From: Candidatus Latescibacterota bacterium
GTDB taxonomy: Bacteria; Latescibacterota; UBA2968; UBA8231
Reading direction: 5' to 3'
DNA: 64,000 nt
Assembly (NCBI GenBank): GCA_965197905.1
Contig: CBDAOB010000004.1
Location: forward strand, 1,568,001-1,632,000
Position 1 is the stretch's first letter. Each line of letters starts with the position of its first letter. Positions 58,071 through 64,000 of this stretch are shown in pieces. Both the position numbers and the translations under genes were made by a program. The notes under the pieces were generated by a model that was given only the letters and a program-made list of their open reading frames with translations, was not told the origin of the DNA and ran no database searches.

Positions 58071-59469
58071 TTAGGAGTCGACGGAAACGGGGGGCAGCTC
58101 GGCGAGTTTTCAGATCGTAGCGCTGCAGCGCCCCGCCGCCGCCGGGAGAGCTGCCGACGGCGCCGATGTAGGCGATGTCTGGATCGGTCGGATGCACCGC
58201 CATGTAACCGCTTTCACCGCTGCCCACGGGGTAACAGTCACTCATCGGGATGGCGTCGAACTCGGTGGCACTGGGCACGCAGATACTCGAGTTGTCCTGC
58301 TGCGTGGCGTAAACGCGGTACGGGAAGCGGGTGTCTACGTCCAAGCGGTAGAATTGGGCGGTGAGCTGGTTGTAGATCGTCGACCAGCTGCGCCCTCCGT
58401 TGAACGAGACGCACGCGCCCCCATCGCTGCCTTGAATCATCCGTTGGGAATCGGCGGGGTCGATCCACATGTCGTGGTTGTCGGCGTGAGGGGTCGTGGC
58501 GATGTCGAAGGTGGCGCCGCCGTCGATCGATTTCCACAAGCGAATGTTGGGGACCCAGACGGTATTCTCATCGTTCGGGTCGGGACACAGATGGCAGTAA
58601 TACCAGGGCCGTCCCATCAAGTCGGCGTGATCCGAAACCAGCTCCCATTCTTCGCCGCTGTCATCCGAGCGGTAGAGACCGCCCTTTTCTGCTTCCACCA
58701 GCGCGAAGATCCGCTCAGAGTTGGCCGGGGATACGGCAACTCCGATCTTGCCCTTGATCCCCTGCGGCATGCCTTTGTTGTTTGAGAGCTCCTTCCAGGT
58801 GTCGCCCCCGTCCACCGATTTGAAGAGGCCGCTGTCCGGGCCCCCGCTGGACAACTTCCAGAAATTGCGGTAGACCTCCCAGACGCTGGCGAACAGAATG
58901 CAGGGGTTGTTCGGATCCATCGACAGGTCCACGGCGCCGGCTTTTTCGCTGCGATAGAGCACCTGTTCCCAGTGTGCGCCACCGTCTCTGGAGCGATAGA
59001 CCCCGCGCTCGCTGTTGGGTCCGAATGCGTGGCCCATGGCGGCGACGTACAGCAGGTCTGGATCGGTCGGGTGGATGCGAATTTTGCCGATGTGACGGGT
59101 TTCCTTCAATCCCACGTGGCGCCAGGTTTTGCCCGCGTCGGTGGAACGATACACCCCGTCCCCGTAAGAGACATCACCGCGGATGGTGGTTTCGCCGGTG
59201 CCGGCGTACACGACGTTGGGGTCAGCATCGGCGACGGCGATAGCGCCGATGGCGGCGGAGTTGAAATGACCATCGGAGACGTTGCGCCAGTAGGTCCCTC
59301 CGTCGTCGGTTTTCCACACCCCTCCGGCGCAGGCGCCGAAATAGAATTCCATCGGCGCGCTGGGGTGTCCGGCGACGGCAACGACACGCCCACCTCGGGG
59401 CGGCCCGATGCAGCGCCAACGCAATCCACCCAGAAAATTGGAATCGAGCGCGTACTCTGGATTCACCAT
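58071..59469 (-). pseudogene. BNR/VPS10-repeat glycosyl-hydrolase-like protein with a large internal deletion
   Basis: WRCIGPPRGGR, repeated S.D.G.TW Asp-boxes, PTAQFY-like 'LTAQFY', TQQDNS; frame breaks after LQRYDLKT; a likely native C-terminus AELPPVSVDS* follows in another frame. Confidence 0.75.
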
Positions 59470-59491
59470 CTGCGATCCTTCTGTTGGAGTG

Positions 59492-60262
59492 TTATTCGGC
59501 CAGATGGCTGGTTCCCATGTAATGCGCCAGAACGGTGTCCGTTGCCATCCGTTGAGCAGTTACGCGTTGGGCCAGCGGCCAGGAAGTTGGCGTCTCGAAG
59601 ATCATGACGTGATCTGCGTGACGTTCCAACAGGAAGGAGGCCAGGCCACGTCCGCCCCAGGCCGGATCCACCTGCAATAGTCCCGGGGAGAGCGGAATAT
59701 CGCTCTCATCGGTTTCGGTGTCTATCGGTCCTATCTCAGACACCTTGTCCAGAACCGTTGGCCCGAGCCATTGCCCACTGGCACTGCCTTCGTAGATATA
59801 GAACCCTTCCGCTTCCCAATCTTCGTGCAGGTCGAGGCACAGGTCGAAACGGCGCCCTTCAAGCGTCCGCGCAACAACCTCCATCTCGGTGCCGACGGGG
59901 TTTAGCAGTACCCGGTTCAGGTCGTGCCCGTCGCCGTTTTCTCGCTGATCGTGAACGAAGCCATACGGATTGAGGCATGGCCAAATGAGATAATTGGCCG
60001 GTTGTGGAAACGCCGCCGCCTCCAGCATGCCGAGCACCATTTCGACGCCGGCAGGTTCGTCACCGTGCACGCCTGAGGTTATGAGTAGGTCTGGACCGGG
60101 CTCAATGGCGGGTACGGATTCGACCTGAATAATCGGATAGCCGTTTACCGCGCCAGCGGTGTGACATCTCCAACAGGCCGGATCGAGGTTCTCCAGCGTG
60201 GCTGGTAGCGTGGCGAAATCGCGGCGGCCGTCGGATCCGCCGGCGGGGGGCTCCCGCTGCAT
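59492..60262 (-). CDS. M14-family metallocarboxypeptidase (AstE/AspA-like)
   Basis: SGVHGDEPAG, PCLNPYG, RENGDGHDLNR, LDLHED, FETP. Confidence 0.88.
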   Translation of the reverse strand: MQREPPAGGSDGRRDFATLPATLENLDPACWRCHTAGAVNGYPIIQVESVPAIEPGPDLLITSGVHGDEPAGVEMVLGMLEAAAFPQPANYLIWPCLNPYGFVHDQRENGDGHDLNRVLLNPVGTEMEVVARTLEGRRFDLCLDLHEDWEAEGFYIYEGSASGQWLGPTVLDKVSEIGPIDTETDESDIPLSPGLLQVDPAWGGRGLASFLLERHADHVMIFETPTSWPLAQRVTAQRMATDTVLAHYMGTSHLAE

Positions 60263-60267
60263 GTTTT

Positions 60268-60912
60268 TCAGATTCCCGCCAAACCCCGCACCACTGCGGG
60301 AACCTCGCGCACCGAGTCCAGCACGGTGTACGCTCCTTCGAACGTAGCCCCTCGAGTCAGCTCGTTCGGTATGACAATACAACGCAGACCGGCGGCGACC
60401 GCCGCTGCGGCTCCGCGGGCGGAGTCCTCGACTACCACGCATTCTTCTGCCGTTGCCTGGCTGTGAGTCAGCGCCGCCCGGTACGCATCGGGATACGGTT
60501 TTCCGCGCCTGTAGTCTTCTCGAGTGAGCACGAACCGGAAGAATTCCATCAGGCCGCTGGATTGGTGAATGATATCGAAATGGTCGCGTCGAGAACCGGT
60601 AACCACACCCATTTCAACCTCGCCGTGCAGTTCCTTTAACGTTTCCCAAACCCCGGGCAACACCGTATCGCGGTCCCGCAGCAGGTGAGCGTAACGCTGA
60701 TCCCGCTTCCGACGCAGCTGTTCCCGCTCGAGCTTGGCGAGAGCCGCGGCGAGGTCGAATACGCTTTCTCCGCGGACCAGGGATTGCTCCATAAAGAATT
60801 CGCGGGTCAGCGTAAGGCCGACGGTCGCCAAAACCTCCTGGCTGGACTGGAAATAGAGGGCCTCGGTGTCCACCAAGACACCGTCATTGTCCCAAAAAAC
60901 GGTGAAAGACAT
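60268..60912 (-). CDS. HAD-family phosphatase (beta-PGM/CbbY-like)
   Basis: WDNDGVLVDTE, GKPYPD, VEDS..G. Confidence 0.9.
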   Translation of the reverse strand: MSFTVFWDNDGVLVDTEALYFQSSQEVLATVGLTLTREFFMEQSLVRGESVFDLAAALAKLEREQLRRKRDQRYAHLLRDRDTVLPGVWETLKELHGEVEMGVVTGSRRDHFDIIHQSSGLMEFFRFVLTREDYRRGKPYPDAYRAALTHSQATAEECVVVEDSARGAAAAVAAGLRCIVIPNELTRGATFEGAYTVLDSVREVPAVVRGLAGI

Positions 60913-61059
60913 CTCGTCGACGGGGGTTCAGGGGGCGGGACGCGGCCCCCAAAATAGGCTAATTTCACCCACCGGCAAAAGGTGTATCTAGGATCGAGCG
61001 CTCGTAGCGGCAGCCGCGAGCGGGTACTGAAATCGTCATCGGGAAGGGAGTGCAACACG

Positions 61060-61581
61060 ATGTTGTACAATATCGAAGAAAGAGAACCTCGGCTGGTGGA
61101 CAACTCGGTTTTCGTGGCCCCCAACGCTACAATTATCGGATCGGTGATCCTAGAAGTCGGTTCCAGTGTCTGGTTCAACGCCGTGATAAGGGGGGATAAC
61201 GATCAGATCACCATTCAATCCGAAAGCAACGTCCAGGACGGCGCCATCCTCCACACCGACCCCGGGCTGCCGCTTCACGTTGGACGGCGGGTCACCATCG
61301 GTCACGCGGCCGTGCTTCACGGCTGTTGGGTCGGCGAAGGCTCCCTAATAGGAATCCAGGCCACGGTGCTCAACCGGGCCAAGATCGGGTCCCATTGTAT
61401 CGTTGGCGCCGGGGCGTTGATAGCGGAAGGCAAGGAGATTCCGCCCGAGAGTCTGGTGCTGGGGGTGCCTGCGCGGGTGAAACGCACCCTGACTCAGGAG
61501 GAACTCGAACATTTGGATGGATTCGCCCAGCACTACGTCGAAAAAGCCAGGCATTACGCGACCTCGTTCAAACCCAGCTGA
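61060..61581 (+). CDS. Gamma carbonic anhydrase family protein (YrdA-like)
   Basis: SVWFNAVIRGDN, NVQDG..LH, VTIGH..VLHGC hexapeptide repeats. Confidence 0.92.
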   Translation: MLYNIEEREPRLVDNSVFVAPNATIIGSVILEVGSSVWFNAVIRGDNDQITIQSESNVQDGAILHTDPGLPLHVGRRVTIGHAAVLHGCWVGEGSLIGIQATVLNRAKIGSHCIVGAGALIAEGKEIPPESLVLGVPARVKRTLTQEELEHLDGFAQHYVEKARHYATSFKPS

Positions 61582-61599
61582 ACCGGTTCCAGGAATTAC

Positions 61600-61899
61600 T
61601 CAGCGGCTGGCTTTGCGGGGTAGGGTAATCTGATTGGCGCCTTTGGCGCCTCCCGGTTTGTGTATCCCCCGTGCTCCGTCCGCCTTGCTCGGTTTGCCCG
61701 CGGGGCGCTTTTCGGGGTCGCCCGACTCTTCTTGGGACGCATGTTCGCGCGCTTCTTCTTGCGCTTTGAGCAACACCTCATGTTCCTGCGCTTGGTCCTC
61801 GGACAAATGGCACTTCTTGTACTTCCTTCCCGAACCACACGGACACGGATCGTTGCGACCCGTATTTTTTAGACGTTCGACACCTGTATCTTCGGCCAT
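61600..61899 (-). CDS. SEC-C motif protein
   Basis: [26 protein letters not shown]. Confidence 0.88.
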   Translation of the reverse strand: MAEDTGVERLKNTGRNDPCPCGSGRKYKKCHLSEDQAQEHEVLLKAQEEAREHASQEESGDPEKRPAGKPSKADGARGIHKPGGAKGANQITLPRKASR

Positions 61900-61999
61900 A
61901 TCTAACCTCCACAAACGACCCGCGATTTACTTCTGAGAAAATCTTACGGTAAGGCGTCGGGGATGGCAATGCCGACCGGCGACCCCTGCGGCAACCAGA

Positions 62000-63220
62000 T
62001 CAAGCTTTGCTCTGGCTGGCCGCGGCACGACCGGATTCACCGATGCCCCGGTCGAAGCTGGGGTCGAGCCACAGCTGAACGCACTCGCTTTCGTAGCCAC
62101 CATCGAGCTCACTTTGAGTAGCCAACTGTTGGATCTCGTCGGCACCGCACCACCGGGTTCGGCCGTCATCGGGCAGGGTCAGATCGAGTGGTCCGCTGCT
62201 TTGGTGGGCGTAGACCCGACAGAGTCCCTCCGGCGCTGAAAAATCGCCGATGTAGCTCATCCAGGGGACCTCGACTCCGATCTGCGAGCAGCATTCTTCT
62301 TGCAGCACACCGATACAATTCGACAGCGGACTGCCGTTGCCATCGCTCGCAAAAGCGCCCCCCGGAAACCCCCACCCGTGTCCGCGATCGAGGAGCAAGA
62401 AACGGTCGCTCTGTTCCAGCAACAAGCGGCCGCTGTGTAATCCTTCACCGTAGTGGGGCAACAGCGAGCGCCCGTCGTAGGTAACGTTGCGGTGTGCCGC
62501 CTCGCTGTAGAGCTCGGGGCCGGAGGCGGTGGGAGCATTTAGCGCGCGGTATTTGAAATAGACCCCGTAGCGATCCCGGTCGGTGCGGTTGGGACCCGCG
62601 TGGTGCCAAGTGAACATGCTCATGAACAACAGATCGCCGCGACGCAGCTTGGCGTCTTGCATGGGAGCGATCTCGTCTGCCCTGGAACGCTCCACCCGCC
62701 ACACCCGACCCTCCCGTCGCTTGCTGGTGAACCTGAACGAAGCAGGCGAAACGGATAGCGCGCCGATCTCCTCCACCAGATCCACCATCGGGGCTATGGC
62801 GAACAGCCAATTGATCGAGGAACCGGCCTGTTGGTAGGTCTTGTAATCCTGATGCGCCGTGGGATGGCTGCCCTCATAGTCTGGGCTCGTCCCCCTGGCG
62901 CCCGGCGTCTTCAGGTACGCCACGCTGGCGGACAGGGCCACCGGTCCGCCGAGCAATGCTTCCGCCCCACCGACCATCTTTGGATGGGTGGCGATGTAAG
63001 AAAGGCCGGGTTCGAGGATGTAACGGCCATCGACGTGAAAGGTGGTGGTCGGCGCCGGATATGGTTTTTTCCGGGTCTCTAGATCGGTGGGTTCCACCGA
63101 GTTCCGTATCCCGGCACCGATCGACTCGGTTTCTTCGTGGGTTAATACCTGCCGAAGAATGAGAAAGCCCTGCTCGCGGTACTGGGCAACCTGATCGTCA
63201 GTGAGCTCTGAGCTTTTCAC
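62000..63220 (-). CDS. Phytanoyl-CoA dioxygenase (PhyH)-family protein with a C-terminal NUDIX-like domain
   Basis: Y.EQGF, AHQDY, GDLLF...WHHAGPN..R; C-terminal LLL...WGFPGG...QEECCSQIG. Confidence 0.8.
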   Translation of the reverse strand: MKSSELTDDQVAQYREQGFLILRQVLTHEETESIGAGIRNSVEPTDLETRKKPYPAPTTTFHVDGRYILEPGLSYIATHPKMVGGAEALLGGPVALSASVAYLKTPGARGTSPDYEGSHPTAHQDYKTYQQAGSSINWLFAIAPMVDLVEEIGALSVSPASFRFTSKRREGRVWRVERSRADEIAPMQDAKLRRGDLLFMSMFTWHHAGPNRTDRDRYGVYFKYRALNAPTASGPELYSEAAHRNVTYDGRSLLPHYGEGLHSGRLLLEQSDRFLLLDRGHGWGFPGGAFASDGNGSPLSNCIGVLQEECCSQIGVEVPWMSYIGDFSAPEGLCRVYAHQSSGPLDLTLPDDGRTRWCGADEIQQLATQSELDGGYESECVQLWLDPSFDRGIGESGRAAASQSKA

Positions 63221-63240
63221 GGGTTTCTTGTATACCGGTG

Positions 63241-63921
63241 TCAGCTGCCCAGCATCCCGCGCACGACGGCGGCGGTTGCGTCTACCGCGGCGTTGGCCAG
63301 CAGAACTCCCTGTTTGGCGCTAGCGTCGAGGGGCGAGCGGTCTTCCTGATCCTGCATCGCCGCCGAGCGAACGTTCTCGGGAAACAACGCCAGTGCAAAT
63401 GCCGTCTCATACTCCTTGGCGTGACCGGGCACCCCACCTTTACACTGTTTTTCCGCCGTCTCCCGACTCAGGTCCCAGTAACTGTGAAACTGGATGTCGA
63501 TGTCGGGGTCCAGCGAGCCGAAGTAGAGATCCCACTGGGGCAGGATCCCCTCCATTGGGCGCGAGTTGCCGCCATGCCCGTTGAGGATCAGAATCTTCTT
63601 GATTCCGTGGCGCGCCAAGCTCTCCACCGCATCGAAAAACACCGACAGCCAGGGTCCGGGCTTCGCCGAGATCGTTCCCTTGTGTTCCATGTGGTGCTCG
63701 GAGATGCCGATCGCCATCGGCACGCTCACCACGGCGTCGGGGTACAGTTTTTTTGCCGCCTCGGAGGCGACGTAGCTGGCACTTACGATATCGTGCTCCA
63801 TCGCCAGGTGTTCGAGATGCTGCTCGTTGCTGCCGGTGGGCACGATCGCGGCGCGAAATTTTCCCTCCTCGAGGGCTTGCCTAAACTCGCGTCGGGTGAA
63901 TTTCGCCAATCGAACTTCCAT
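63241..63921 (-). CDS. Creatininase family protein
   Basis: PTGSNEQH, D, SEHH, NGHGGN, GHA.EYET. Confidence 0.9.
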   Translation of the reverse strand: MEVRLAKFTRREFRQALEEGKFRAAIVPTGSNEQHLEHLAMEHDIVSASYVASEAAKKLYPDAVVSVPMAIGISEHHMEHKGTISAKPGPWLSVFFDAVESLARHGIKKILILNGHGGNSRPMEGILPQWDLYFGSLDPDIDIQFHSYWDLSRETAEKQCKGGVPGHAKEYETAFALALFPENVRSAAMQDQEDRSPLDASAKQGVLLANAAVDATAAVVRGMLGS

Positions 63922-64000
63922 ATCACCGTACCGTTGTATTGAGGTAACTCACTCTTTAGTGGGCGAGAATATAGCGCCGCTGTGGGAGGACGCCAGGCGT

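Overview
GC-rich bacterial chromosome segment with about 60 genes, mostly accessory metabolism, transport and signalling. I found no rRNA, tRNA, CRISPR array, integrase or transposase. The gene mix (dockerin/EF-hand-like surface protein, PQQ-type propeller, Gfo/Idh/MocA, PhyH, enolase-family, dgcN/dgcA) resembles Latescibacterota-like environmental genomes; this is inference only. The most striking signal is two independent 'shattered' genes: a nitrilase (1178-1902) and a TMTC/TPR-type membrane protein (45033-45843). In each, short (about 20-150 bp) internal coding pieces are rejoined in permuted order, some inverted, while other pieces are lost. Neighbouring genes carry deletions or templated duplications (TauD, TIM-barrel isomerase), and a BNR/VPS10 hydrolase has a large internal deletion. 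Other notable items: a Cys-tailed SigZ-type sigma factor directly upstream of arsM; a blue-copper protein + HAMP adenylate cyclase + beta-barrel operon; an IlvC paralog with altered catalytic residues; tandem MORN-repeat lipoproteins; and an 18-bp coding minisatellite. Several simple frameshifts may be sequencing or consensus errors.
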